Below are positions 11,510-24,383 of a DNA stretch of 64,000 nucleotides, in pieces. The first letter of the stretch is position 1. Each line of letters begins with the position of its first letter. Where the stretch lies: contig MU053482.1 in the NCBI GenBank assembly GCA_013239625.1, positions 3,805,922 through 3,869,921 of the forward strand. Direction: 5' to 3'. The notes beneath the pieces were generated by a model, which worked only from the letters and a program-made list of their open reading frames with translations, did no database searches and was not told the DNA's origin. This DNA is from Lama guanicoe. Taxonomy: Eukaryota. Both the position numbers and the translations under genes were made by a program.

Positions 11510-12591
11510 TGTATTTGTTTCCTGTTGCTGCAATAACTAATAACTATAACTTAGTGGCTTAAGGCAACACAAATGTATTATCTCACAGCTCTGGAGATCA
11601 GAAGTCCTAAAATCAAGGTGTTAGCAGGGCTGTGTTTTTTCTGGAGGCTCTAGGGGAAAATCTGTTTCCTTGCCTTTTCCAGCTTCTAGAGGTGGCCTGT
11701 GTTCTTTGGCTCAGGGTCCCTTCCTCTCCTCTTCAAAGCCTGCAGTGAAGCATCTTCAGATATGACTATAGCCCCTGCTTCTGTCATCACATTGCCTTCT
11801 TCTCTAACACTCCTGTCTTCCTCTTATAAGGGACCTATGTGATTAGCAACCTGAATGTCCATCAACAGATGAATGGATAAAAAAGATGTGGTATATGTAC
11901 ACAAAGGAATACTACTCAGCCATAAAAAAGAATGAAAGACTGCCACCTGCAGCAACATGGATGGACCTAGAGATTATCATACTAAATGAAGTAAGTCAGA
12001 CACAGGAAGACAAGTATCATATGATATCATTTATATGTGGAATCTAAAAAAATGATCCGAATGAACTTATTTACAAAATAGAGATAGACTCACAGACATA
12101 GAAAACAAACTATGGTTACCACAGGAAAAAGGCAGGGAATTTGGAATAATAATAATAAATAATTTAGGAATTTGCGATTAACAGATACACAGTACTATAT
12201 ATAAAATAGATAAACAACAAGGACCTACTGTATAGCACAGTGAACTATATTCAATATCTTGTAATAACATAATGGAAATGAATCTGAAAAATAATTTTTT
12301 ATTTTATATATATACATAAGTATGTATAGCTGAATCATTTTGCTGTACACCTGAATCATTGTATATCAACTAAACTTCAATAAAAAATAAATAATTAAAT
12401 TAAATTAAAAAGACCTTTATGATTGCATTGGGCCAGATAATTCAGGCCTGTCTTGAGATCCTTAATTTAATCACATGTACAATGCCCCTTTTACTGTATA
12501 AGCTAACATATTCACCAGCTCTGGGGATAAGGATACAGACATCTTTGGGGAGTCTACAATACTACTCATTTATACTATTTGGCCTACCATA
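11510..12591 (-). mobile_element. MaLR solo LTR (MLT1D-like), copy A, interrupted by L1
   Basis: tgtatttgtttcctgttgctg...ggcctaccata; perfect 5-bp TSD ATATT at 11505-11509 and 12592-12596. Confidence 0.9.
11845..12410 (+). mobile_element. LINE-1 3' end nested in MLT1D
   Basis: aatgtccatcaacagatgaatggataa...cttcaataaaaaa; TSD-like gacctatgtgatt / gacctttatgatt. Confidence 0.93.
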
Positions 12592-12596
12592 ATATT

Positions 12597-12960
12597 CACT
12601 CATGAGTATTAATAGAATACCGTTCAGAAAAATGGAAAGAAGAAAAACGTAATTCATGGTTTGACCACTGAAAGATAAACATAATGAATATTTCCTTCCA
12701 TCTTTTTAAAAATGAACAGTTTTAGATAGTTATAATCATACTGTGTATACAATTTGAAACCTTGTTTTTCCACTAAATATTATACCGTAGTTCATTTTCC
12801 ATGTTAGTACATAGCCTAAGCAAACATCTTTGTTGACTACATAATATTCCATTGAGTGAACATACCATATTTTACTTAAGCCTTTCCTTATTATTTGGAA
12901 ATTAAGTTTAAAAATTTTTTTTAATATTATAAGTCAATTTAATATTATAAATATTTTTCC
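12597..12960 (-). mobile_element. Ancient L1ME-like fragment
   Basis: ataatcatactgtgtatac...ataatattccattgagtgaacataccat; related copy at 26085-26560. Confidence 0.6.
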
Positions 12961-13844
12961 ATCCTTAACAAGAATATTTAAAGTACAAGTGAATATAATT
13001 TTTGGACACAGAGAGGTTATTACAGAAATCCTGCATCCACCACATGTTCCTTTGGTTACAAGAAGTACAGTCTTCTGAAAGGGTGCCCACAGACTTGGTG
13101 TGACTTCAGCACAAGGGGCAGCCGTGATGTTCTAATCCCAATGGTTTCCCATCAGAAGGAAGAAAATATCATTGACGGTATGAGGAGTGTTGGAGGGTGG
13201 TTGGGTCTACTAAGCAGAACTTGTTCAGGCCCTTCCAGCCCTTCTCGATCAGGTTAAGCTGGTAACTGAACCACCAAGCACTTGCACTTGAATTATAAGC
13301 GCTCAGAAATATTGCTACTAGTGAGTCATGCAAGGGTGTAGCCGAGAAGCAATTCCAGACAGGTGGGAAGGAGAGGTTTTGGATTCCTCCACTGTACTTT
13401 GAAGTTTCCCTGGGACAAACATCTAGCCTGGGATCAACAGCACTGGCACTTGGCCTTGTGCTCTGGACTTTACATGATCTGGGACTCAAAAGCCAATTAG
13501 GTCCAGCCCTGAGGTTCCTGGTAAAGATGACCTCTGCAGGTCAAAGTGAACACATGTGGGCTGCAGACTGAGCAGCCTCCAAAGTAAGTCCTTGTTTGTC
13601 TTCAAAGTCCTCCTGCCAAGGAGTGGACCTCTGTGCTGTTGATTCCTGCCACAGCAACCACCCCCCCGCCGCCCGCAGTAGTTACCACCCTCTGCTGGAT
13701 GGACGAGCAGATGGCTGAATGAAGCTCAGCTAAGAGCAGCTCCATCTGCCGCTAGTCCTGCCTGCCTGGTCTTCATACACAGGTGCCCAGTGCTGTCCCT
13801 CAGCAATGAAGGACTTTGTGACAAAGGCTGCTGGAGAGCACAGA

Positions 13845-14040
13845 GCCTAGAAGCTTGGAGTCAGACACATCTGGGCCCCAATCCTAGCCTGCCACCTGTT
13901 CACTGTGTGACCTCAGACCAGCTACTTGATCTTTGATTTCCATTTCCTCACGTACACAATAGGATGTAATGAAATCACATACACAATAGAATAAATGAAA
14001 TCCTCATTTGGCTATTGGAAGAATAAGATAATGCCTATCA
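13845..14040 (+). mobile_element. MIR SINE
   Basis: ttggagtcagacacatctggg...ctgtgtgacct...tttcctca. Confidence 0.65.
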
Positions 14041-14362
14041 AACATTCAGCCAAGTCCCTGGTGCACAGGAAGTGCTCCATGGGCCTGTCTGGGACTCTCT
14101 GTATCTGTAGATGCAACGCTAACCCAGAAAGTTAGCCTGAGGGGAATTGCACACACCGCTGTTTCTAGAGGGGGCTTCATGGTGGGTTCCAGACTCTGTG
14201 ATGGCAGCCAGTGTAGGGCGCTGGCACTCAGGGTTATTGTCATGTGTTTCGGCTATGAATCATGAGTAAAAGGCTCTGAGGTCACCTGGGTGGGGAGGAG
14301 GTCAGGGCTAGACTTGTGATAAAGCCACACTGAGCCAGAGTCTCTGGATAAGAGTTATGGCT

Positions 14363-14478
14363 GGGGGGAGGGTATAGCTTAGTGAGAGCACATGCCTAGC
14401 AGCATGCATGAGGTCCTGGGTTCAATCCCTAGTACTTCCACTAACAACAACAACAACCAAAAACCCAAACAAAAAAAA
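14363..14478 (+). mobile_element. Camelid tRNA-derived SINE (vic-1-like)
   Basis: ggggggagggtatagcttagtg A-box region, ggtcctgggttcaatccc B-box, (AAC)-rich tail. Confidence 0.92.
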
Positions 14479-15639
14479 GCATATTTCTGCTCAGGAGGGA
14501 TGGACCCTTCCTGCCCAATGCCCTTACGAGGCTGTCATGACTATAAAATTTGATTCAGGCAAGGTGCAGCCCTGGGTAGATTTTACTGTGAGTTCTCCAT
14601 GCCAGCACCTCCTACAATCTGTCATCTGATTAGTGAATTACACCGTTGGTAATCAGTTACTCACTCAACAAACACTGTTTCCCTACTTTGCTTTCCTCCT
14701 TGGTGAACCCATAGCAGTGAAACACCACATATTTGGGCCCACAGTGTGCCAGGAGCATGGCATGCATCTATGCTAACTTTTTTTTTTTAATCCTGCTTGC
14801 TTCCACGCACACAAGTGACTCTACGTATGAATCCCAGGAGGTTTGGTGACTCTATTATAGTCCCCAGACCTACCTTTTAAAGCAGTGAGGTTACTTGAGT
14901 TCCAACATAGAGGCTGTATTCAAATACTGAGCATGAACGCTTGAGAGAAGACGCACATTGTAGCTATTGTTCAGCATCTTTGTGCAGGAACTATTCTCAC
15001 TATCAGAAAATGGAATAATTAAGTAGTAGCCACTGTAGCTATGGCCGCTCAGTGGAGCTCATGGGAATAAATTCACTGAGATCAAATCCCAGTGCCCCTA
15101 GTGAATAGGTCACAAGTCTCCCAGAGCTGCTCTTTCTCCAAGGAGTCAGCATGATGTGGCAAATGCTGAGCTCTGAACTGGAGGTTGGGATATTGGGGTT
15201 CAAAATTCTGGCTGTCACATACCTGCCAGGTGGCTCTGTGTGGGCTGCCACTCCTTGTCTGTAGAACAAGGGGCAGTCGCTGGAGTTACTCCCAGTTCCA
15301 ACTTTCTAGGAGACTGAATTAGCTTGGGGGTCATTCAGAGATATGGAAACAACATAATGACTATTCAAATTAGGGTATCCTTGGTAACTCTGAGCAGGGG
15401 TCACAGACATTTGGCACTGGATAGTGAAATCTCAGAGCTATGGAATTCAACTCAAGTGCAAAGTCCCTAGGAACCAATGAATTGTCACCAGTTTTTAATG
15501 TGAAATTCTTTGATGGATAATTTCATGATGTTGGTGGATAATGATTTTGATTAAACTAATGCTCTTTGAAATCTCTTTGCAAACTCTAGTCTCCTGTTAT
15601 TTTTCATTGTTATTAGTAGTTAAAAAAAAGAATAGCATC

Positions 15640-15860
15640 AACTATGCATTCAGTGCTTATGATGTACTAAGCACTTTTTACATTGTGCGAAGTATTACCT
15701 CATTAGACCCTTCCAGTAGCTCTGTTACTGCCCCCATTTTACAGATGAGAAAACTAAGGCCCAGAGAGGTTCAGCAGCTTTCCCGAGGTCACATCATTAA
15801 TAAATGGAGGCACTAGGATTTGAACCTGGCTTATTCTGACTTCAAATCCTCACTCTTTTC
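15640..15860 (-). mobile_element. MIR SINE
   Basis: cccattttacagatgagaaaactaaggcccagagaggtt core. Confidence 0.85.
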
Positions 15861-16849
15861 TTATGGCTAGAAATTCTGGAGTTTTGTATAACATAAGAAC
15901 AGCATCATCATAATCAACACACATTTTGTGAAGTGTCAGCTCTGGGCAGAAGGCAGGGGAGGAGAAATCAGATATAGCCCTTGCCTTTAAGATCTTCAGA
16001 TTCTAGGAGACGGAGCATGTTTGTAAAGGATAAAACAGCGTAAAGCAATGAGTGGTGTTGATTGCTGGAACTAGAAGGACTCAGAGGCAGGAGGAACCCC
16101 TGAGGATTCTGAAAAAAGCTTCACTGACAAATTGGGACTTCATTTGGATCCTAAGAATGGAGGCTGAAAACATCTGAGGAAAGCAGAGAGACGAGGAAAG
16201 ATACTGGAGGCAGTGGGGAAGGGGAAGAGCAAAGAGCCAGAAATGGGAGTGTACTTGGTGGGTTGTTTTGGGAGGCATGGTTACCTGACACTAGCGTAAG
16301 CTTTGGGGAGCAAGAAGGAGGCTGGGGCCTCGGCCACCAGGTAAAGACTCAGTCTCTTATGTGAGCAAGGGCATGTACACTGGCTGTGTCTTCTTTGTAA
16401 AGCAAGAAATGAATGACTTCCATACAGATATTGACTGTTTCTCCTACATAAAAACAGTGACTCAGAGAATTCGAGAAATTTTGCTAACGAACAAACAGCG
16501 ACTCAGAGGATGTTCGTAAGTCCCATCAAAGACTGACATTTGCTTGGCCACATTAATGGAGCAAATTAGTGGTACTCTCTTCCATTGTGTTCATGTTAAA
16601 TGCTTAGGCATTTATTGGTAAGAATTGGGAGCAAACAGAGTGACTAAAAAAGCTGTGTTTGGATGGTGGCATTATGGGGATTTTTTTTTTCCCTCTTTAG
16701 ACTTGTCTTTAGTATTACTGTTAAGTTCTAATTGACATTTTTTTTAATGAGCCCACTCAGGTTGGGATCCTAAGAAAATTTCTGAATTGAATATTAACTA
16801 AGTTACTTGCAATTTTTAGTGACAAGAAATTCAGATTTTAAAAGTTCAT

Positions 16850-18537
16850 TAGATGGATTGGAAGAATTAACATTGTTAATATGCCCATTCTGCCCAAAGC
16901 AAACTACAGATTTAATGCACTCCCTATCAAAATACCCATGACAATTTTCACAGAGCTAGAACAAGTAAATAATCCTAAAATTTATATGGAACCACAGAAG
17001 ACCCCGAATAACCCAAACAATCTTGAGAAAGAAGAACAAAACTGGAGGTATCCCACTCCCTGATTTCAGACTATACTACAAAGTTATAGTCATCAAAACA
17101 GTATGGTAGTGGCACAAAAACAGACACATAGTTCAATGGAACAGATTAGAGAGCTCAGAAGTAAACCCACACACTATAGTCACTTAATCTAAGACAAAGG
17201 AGGCAAGAATATACAATGGAGAAAAGATAGTCTCTTCAATAAGTGATGCCAGAAAAACTGGACAGCCACATGTGAAAGAATGAAATGAGAACATACTCTT
17301 AAACCATATACAAAAATAAACTTAAAGTGAATTAAAGACCTAAAAATAAGGCCAGAAAACATAAAGCTAGAGGAAAACCTAGGAAAAACACTCTTTGTCA
17401 TAAATCATAGCAATATATTTTTTTTGGATATATCTCTTAAGTAAAGGAAACAAAAGCAAAAATAAATAAATGGGACCTGATTAAGCTTAAAAGCTTTTGT
17501 CCAGCAGAGGAAATCATCAACAAATGAAAGGACAACCTACTGAATGGGAGAAACTATTTGCAAATAATGGCTGATAAGGGACTAATTTCCAAAATATAAA
17601 ACAGATCATACAGCTCAATATAAAAAAAGAAAAACAAACCAACATGATTAAAAAGTGAGCAGAAGACCTGAATAGACATTTTTCCAAAGGAGATACACAG
17701 ATGGCCAACAGGCACATGAAAAGATGCTCAAAATCACTAATCATCAGAGAAATGCAAATCAAAACCACAATGAAATATCATTTCACTCGGGTCAGAACAG
17801 GCTATCATCAAAAAGTCTACAAATAACAAATGTTAGCGATGATGTGGAAGAAAGGGAACCCTTGTACACTGTTGGTGGGACTGTAAATTGCTGCAGCCAC
17901 TATGGAAAACAATATGAACATTACTCAAAAAACTAAAAATAGACTACCACAGATCCAACAATTCACTGCTGGGTATTTATCTGAAGAAAACAAAAACACT
18001 AATTTGGAAAGATACATGCACCCCAACGTTCATAGTGGCATATTTATAATTTCCAAGATACGGAAACAACCTAAGTGTCCATCAACAGATGAATGAATAA
18101 AGATGTGGTATACATATACAATAGAATATTACTCAGCCATAAAAAAGAATGAAATTCTGCCTAGAGTGTATTATGCTTAGTGAAATAAGTCAGACAGAGA
18201 AAGACATACTGTATGTTATCACTTATATGTGGAATCTAAAAAATAAATGAATGAATGTAACAAAACAGACACAGACTCACAGATATAGAGAACAAACTAG
18301 TGGTTACCAGTGGGGAGAGAGATTAGGGGAGGGGCAAACTAGGGACAGAGGATTAAAAGGTACAAACTACTACATAGATAACAAAAAAGCCACAATGACC
18401 TATTGTATAGCAAAGGGAAGATAGCCAATATTTTATAGTAACTTTAAATGGAGTATAATCTACAAAAATATTGAATCATTATGCTGTACACCTGAAACTA
18501 ACATCATAAATCAACTATAGTTCAATTTAAAAAAAAG
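16850..18537 (+). mobile_element. LINE-1, ORF2 C-terminal remnant plus 3'UTR and A tail
   Basis: [26 protein letters not shown] (16881-) and downstream L1 ORF2/3'UTR motifs; many stops and frameshifts. Confidence 0.95.
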
Positions 18538-18859
18538 CACTTCCCACATAGTAGGGGCTTAGTAAATAAATGTCTGTTGGAATTTGAATAGCTTTAAAAC
18601 AATTCATAGAGAAAAAATTTGCAACAAATCAAAGGAGATTGCACACACCATTCATTGGCCTGGATTGCCTTTGTGTTCTTTGGCTGCCAGGGGAGCTCCT
18701 ATTCATCCTTCAAAACCCCAGCAGGCCTCACCTTCTCTCTGAAGCCTTCCCATCCACTCTACTCACTTGTACCCCAACCCTCAACAACCTCTGGTGGTAA
18801 CTGTTTACCCATACTACCTGATATCAGTAGGGAGTAGTCATCTGGGGACAACTAGGCAG

Positions 18860-19210
18860 TCTAGGAATCCTAGCTCCACTATTTGTAAGCTGTGCAATTA
18901 GGTTATATAACTGAGCCTCAGTTTCCTCATCTGTAAAATGGAGATAATAATTCTATTGAGCAGATGAGGAGTGAAATAAAATAACAGGTAAAATGCTTAG
19001 GCCAGTTTACAGCATTTAATATATGCTCAATAAATGTTTCCTTTCATAATTATCCATTTCTATGACTGCATTGACCACACTGTATTTGCTGCTGACTTGT
19101 TTTCCTCTCCCACCAGCCCCTGGAGGGCAAGGACAACGTCTTGCTTATCTCTGGTACCCAGAATCTGGCACACATCGGGCTCTCAGCAGAGTGTTTACTG
19201 AAGAGAACAG
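18860..19210 (+). mobile_element. MIR followed by L2 fragment
   Basis: ctgagcctcagtttcctcatctgtaaaatgg core; tctggcacacatcgggctctcag L2-like end. Confidence 0.75.
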
Positions 19211-20069
19211 AGTGAACGGCTTGAAGGTTTTAGGGTACTGGCTGTAGGAGCTCTCCTCTTGCCTCGCAGCTGGTTCTCTATGCTCTCTGGCTCTGGGCAC
19301 CCCCCATCACCTCAAAGACTGGAGTCACCATGACAGCTTCTGCCCTGGGAACAAATTCTGCCGGCAGCTCTGAGGACACCGAGGAACAGTCCTGAACTCC
19401 CTGCACCTCTGCCCTTCTCAGAGAGCCCGGCTGGCCCCTGCAGCCCAAGTCGGGTCAGGATGCAGCCCACTGCTCCTTCTCACCCCTCTCTGCTCAGGGG
19501 GGCAGGACTTCCCCTGGCCTCCACAAGCCAGGGAAGGCCTAAGGCTGCGGCTCAAAGATGCCTGTGTGAAGGGCTGTTAAGCAGCGTAGACAAGGTGGCT
19601 ACGTGAGGTGTGGAGGCCCCTGGGCCCCTCACTTGGTGGCTCCCAGTCAGGACCAGCCCTTTTGGATCCTGCTCCAGGATTTCTACAGTTTCCTTGAATG
19701 CAGCAGAGGGGGCAAGTAGGGGACCATGGGCCTAGGGCCCAGCCTGGCAGGACCCAGGGCCCAGCCCCGGGAATAGCACACCCCCTCTCTTCCCTAGTGC
19801 AGGGAGCTGGGGGGCAGAGCTGGGGCGGCTTGGGGAGGACAGTCCCCAGCAGGCTGGGGAGGTGGCCCTCAGGAGGAAGCGGGGGATGGTCTCAGGGGAG
19901 AGGGCCCTAATGAGGACTCAGAGGAAAAGAGGGCCTGAGGGGTGCCAGCGGAGAGGCTTCGGGAGGACCCGGAGGCCCCCAGGCCTGGAGGCTCTGCCGA
20001 GAGGAGGGAGCCCGTGCAGCCAGCTGACCTCCTTCAGGGAGTGTGGGAGAGGCCAGAGAGGAAATGGTG

Positions 20070-20430
20070 CTGGATCGGGAGGGGAGAGAGGCAGGGCCCT
20101 GAAGGGAGGGGAGAAGAGGAGGACGGGAAAGAGAGGGGAAGAGAGGAGAGAGAAACAGAAAGACAGAGAGGGAAGCAGAGAGAGAGACAGACACAAAGAG
20201 AGACACACAAACAGAGACTGAGAGGGAGAGAGGGGGGAGGGAGGGAGGAGTCGGGTGGGGAGGAGAGAGGAGGAAGGAGATGAGGTAGGGGAGAGAAGGA
20301 AAATGGGGGGAATCCAAGCTGAAATGAGAGGGAGACCAGGGGTAAGGGAAGGGGGAAGAATGCAGGGAGGGGAGCAGAAAAGGCAGGTGGGGTGAGGAGC
20401 CAGAGCCAGAGGGAGAGGAAGAGAGGGAGG
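20070..20430. repeat. Purine-rich (GA/GGA) low-complexity tract
   Basis: + strand is overwhelmingly A/G, with (GA)n, GACA and GGG runs. Confidence 0.9.
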
Positions 20431-20899
20431 GGAGGCCGTTGTGTGGGAGAGGCCAAGTGGGAGAGGCTTGGACGCAGCCCAGGGAGGAGGAGACTGAGGC
20501 CAGTCTGGCAGTTGAGAGAAAGAGAGTTTCTTCTCCCACACCACCGAATAAAAAGGCTCGCTCAGCAAAGAGGGGAAGCACATTCCTTGGTACTCTGGTT
20601 ACTTAGTCAACAACTGGGCAGGCTGTGCTCAGGGGCTGTTGAGTACTTCCTGGAGGTGGCAAGCCTGGAGCAGAGGATGTGGGAGTGGGGAGGGCAGAGG
20701 CTGAAGGTCACAGACGGAAGGAGGTAGTGTTTGTTTATTCTTTTATTTATTCTGCAAATATTTACTAAGCAACTGCAATGTGCTGAGTACTGCCCCAGGC
20801 TCCAGGGCCACAGAGACATGGCCTCAGCCACTCATTGAAAGTGGAGGATACAGACCAAACACACATCCCAGCCGCACAACCAGGGTCGGGGGCGGGGGG

Positions 20900-21035
20900 G
20901 GGGACATTTACTTAACTTCTCCGTGCCTTAATTTCCTCATCTGGAAAGTGGGGTTTATTAGGAGACCTGCTCTTTAGGGTTGTTTTGAGGATTAAATGAA
21001 ACCATCTGTATAAATGACTAATTTGGTGCCTGGAC
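20900..21035 (+). mobile_element. MIR SINE
   Basis: acttaacttctccgtgccttaatttcctcatctggaaagtggg...gaggattaaatga. Confidence 0.8.
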
Positions 21036-22369
21036 AGAGCAATCTGAAAGGGTTTACCTATTAGTGTTTGAGCTGCTGCGTCTTAAAGGAGAAGCAGGCA
21101 TTTGCCAAGGGAGCAGAATGGGAGGAAGCTCCCAGGCAGTGGCCACAGAGGCCCTGAGAAAGAGGGGGACTAGGATGGTTGTGGGGTTAAGGAGAGTGGT
21201 GGGAATGTGGATTACCTGCTAGAGCATCACCCTGGGGGTGGGGCTTGCTAAATAATCAGATTCTTGGGCCCCTCCTCAAACTTACTAGATCTGGGTCTTC
21301 AGGCAGGGCTTGGGAATCTGTATTTTAACTTGCTCCCTCAGGCAGTTCTGACGCACCTCTTCCCTCCACACTAGCTCAAGGCCCTGTCCTAGTGCAGGCC
21401 TTTTTGTGTGCAGCATAATAAACAGCTTTCTAATGGATCCAGCCCTGCTTTAGTCTTACGGCCTGTAACCTCATCCACCTTTAAAAGACATCTCCTCTGT
21501 GAAGCCCTCCCTGATTGTTCAGAGCAGAATTAATGGCTCACTTCTCTTCCCACTGCACCTTGAACATTCCTGGATTCTAGGACTTATGAAGACTATCAGA
21601 ATTGTTGCCGTATGTGTCTGTGTCTCCCCCACTGCCTGTGCCCTACAAAACAGTGAGTCCTGGAGGAGAGAGGCAGGATTGAAGTTATCTTCTAGCCCCT
21701 GGCCTGATGCACAGTAGGGATCTCATGGAGACTTGTTCACCAAATGGCTTTCTGGCTCTGGAGGATGCTGGCGAGAGAGAATCCCCTGACACCCTCTTCT
21801 AGAGGGTCTCTGGGTTTTTCTTCCTTCTGTTTCCTTTTGTTCAGTGGGGCTCACTTGGCAGCAAGAAGATTTCCTGTAGCGAGAAATTTCTAGGCAGGGG
21901 AACATGGCAGATTTTATGCAGTTATAAGTCAAGCTGTCCTCAAATGAATCTCCAGGACCTCATGAAGGTAATGTGTCCTGGAGAGAATCCTAAGCTTGTT
22001 TCTACATTTCTGAGCACATTGTGTTTTAGATCAAGGCGGTGGTAGGTAAACTCCTCTTTTCTTTGTAGGTGAGGTGCCTGGGGCCTGCAGCAACTGGGAG
22101 AAGCGGGACGGACGAGGAACTTGTGGCTTGGTAGTGATGCTAAGGAGTGAGGGCCTGGGACCTAGCCCAGAATCCCATCTGCCTGCTCCAAGGTTCTAGT
22201 CTCTAAAGTCTAGGCTGCCGTATTTTATGGTTTTCCAGCTATGAGTCAACTCATGGGCTTGCCATTTCAGGGCTCCCAGCCAAGAGAGGTCTTCAGCTGA
22301 TTTCAGTTGTGATGGTTCCCATGGGGATACATTTAAAAATGATAATGATGCTGATGTCAAGTCTGTGGC

Positions 22370-22580
22370 CAGGTCCCTTGTTAAGTGTTCCTCACACATT
22401 GTTATTTCGTTTTCATAACAACCCTATACAGTAGGTAATATTCTCTACCCCTCCCATTTCAGAGATGAGGAAATTGAGATACAGAAGGGTTAGGAAACAT
22501 GCCTGAGATCACACAGTAAGCAGCAGAGCCGGGTTTTGAACCTCTGCCTGTGTCACTCCGACATGGGGCGCTTCACCACA
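22370..22580 (-). mobile_element. MIR SINE
   Basis: cccatttcagagatgaggaaattgag...gggttttgaacc. Confidence 0.8.
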
Positions 22581-23524
22581 TGCCTACCAGACGACTTAGT
22601 GCCTTTTCATTCCATTTTGTCGCACTAACATTGACTGTCACTTAAGAGAACGACTGCAAAATCCTCGAATGAGCATGGAAAATGCTGATGATCAGATCTA
22701 TGGAAAATAAAGGGATGCTTCATGGAGTGGGTGCTGTGGTTGTAATAGTCAGAACATACTTAAGAGTAGGAACAAACAAAAATCATCTTGTTAGCATGAC
22801 TGTGGGTGAACTTCGGTCTTTTTTTATTCTCAAAAGAATATCCTTAGTGTCATCGTTTCATAGTCCTTCCGAAACACCATATACAGAACAGAGCCTCCTG
22901 GCTTGATGTGTCATACAGAGTATGGCCACATGGTGTCCCTCCAGCTCAGTCTAAACCTTCCAGACCGCGGACTTCCCGTCTCTGCCTGGCTGAGAGGACC
23001 CTAAAGCCAGCTTCTAGCTGCTGGAGCTAGAGGGGCACTATGGCCTGAAGGGCAGAGGGGACAGAATGCCAGAGGATGGTGGTTTGTTTGCTTCCAAGAG
23101 TCCCAATGTACAGTTCTGACATTGAAATTTCATTAGGATTGTCTGAAGGAAGGGAACAGGAAGGTTTTAGATTTGCAGAGAGGAGGGCCACTTCCTGGGT
23201 CGAATAATGTGAGGGAGGGAAGGAAGGAGGCTGGAGTAGGGGCTGAAGAACAGGAGGGCCCAGAGTTCTTGTTGGTGGGCACAGGGGAAGCAATGCAGTT
23301 GGAAGGAGGGGTGGGGGATTTGTTTTGAAGCTGTGTTTGCAAGCACACCACATCACACATCAGTAAGAAGAAAGGCTAAAGTGGCCCTTTGCCCCAATAT
23401 GTTACTTTAGTTTCCTTGCCAATCTGGGTCCACACTCTAGCTTTTAACCTATATACTGAGCAATTGTTATTTTTTGGTACGATGACCAACATTCAACCTT
23501 TTATGTAGTATTTGGATCTCTTGT

Positions 23525-23712
23525 AGGGCAATGGTTCTCAAACTGGTGTGTATCAAGATTGCTTGGAGGGCTTGTAGAAACAGATTGCTGAGCCTCACCC
23601 CAGAGTTTCAGATTCAGTAGACCTGATATGGGGCCTGAAAATGTCTGTTTCTAAAAAGTTCTCAGATGCCCCTGATGCTTCTGGTCCCCAGACCGCACTT
23701 TGAGAACCAGCA
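23525..23712. mobile_element. MER5A-like hAT MITE
   Basis: caatggttctcaaac ... ctttgagaaccag terminal inverted repeats. Confidence 0.85.
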
Positions 23713-23769
23713 CTGTAAAGGTGTTACTTTCCTCACATGGTCTGCCCTTGTACTCTTCCATTTTTAAAA

Positions 23770-23770
23770 T

Positions 23771-23821
<51 letters not shown>

Positions 23822-24383
23822 TTTTTTTTTGATTTATTTATAATCACTNNNNNNNNNNNNNNNNNNNNNNNNNNNNNNNNNNNNNNNNNNNNNNNNNNNN
23901 NNNNNNNNNNNNNNNNNNNNNNNNNNNNNNNNNNNNNNNNNNNNNNNNNNNNNNNNNNNNNNNNNNNNNNNNNNNNNNNNNNNNNNNNNATAATCTTGTT
24001 ATTCTACAATTTTGAAATCCTGTCTATCCCTTCCCACCCTCCACCCCCTTGGCAACCACAAGTTTGTATTCTATGTCTATGAGTCTGTTTCTGTTTTGTA
24101 TTTATGCTTTGTTTGTTTGTTTTTGTTTTCGTTTTTAGATTCCACATATGAGCGATCTCATATGGTATTTTTGCTTCTCTTTCTGGCTTACTTCACTTGG
24201 AATGACATTCTCCAGGAGCATCAATGTTGCTGCAAATGGCGTTATGTTGTCGGTTTTTATGGCTGAGTAGTATTCCATTGTATAAATATACCACCTCTTC
24301 TTTATCCATTCATCCATTGATGGAAAATTTAGGCTGTCTCCATGTCTTGGCTATTGTAAATAGTGCTGCTATGAACATTTGGG
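23770..24383 (-). mobile_element. LINE-1 3' end with (ATTT)n tail, spanning an assembly gap
   Basis: Antisense L1 3'UTR; TSD tgtactcttccatttttaaaa (23749-23769) / tgtactctcccattttaaaa (24384-24403). Confidence 0.9.
23849..23989. other. Assembly gap (141 N)
   Basis: Run of N. Confidence 1.

Noticed and set aside
12915..13770. Processed pseudogene on the minus strand (T run at ~12915 with nearby ATTAAA)
   Set aside because: The T run fits the L1ME relic, no TSD found, frames are interrupted and no parent protein recognised.
14363..14440. tRNA genes (also 6375-6447, 53552-53626, 60385-60458)
   Set aside because: tRNA-like heads are followed by A-rich tails, mostly have TSDs and carry disrupting substitutions, so they are SINEs.
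19862..20727. Long overlapping ORFs (up to 224 aa)
   Set aside because: Products of GA-rich low-complexity sequence lacking stop codons.
22680..22780. C/D-box snoRNA (TGATGA)
   Set aside because: No suitably placed CTGA D box or terminal stem.
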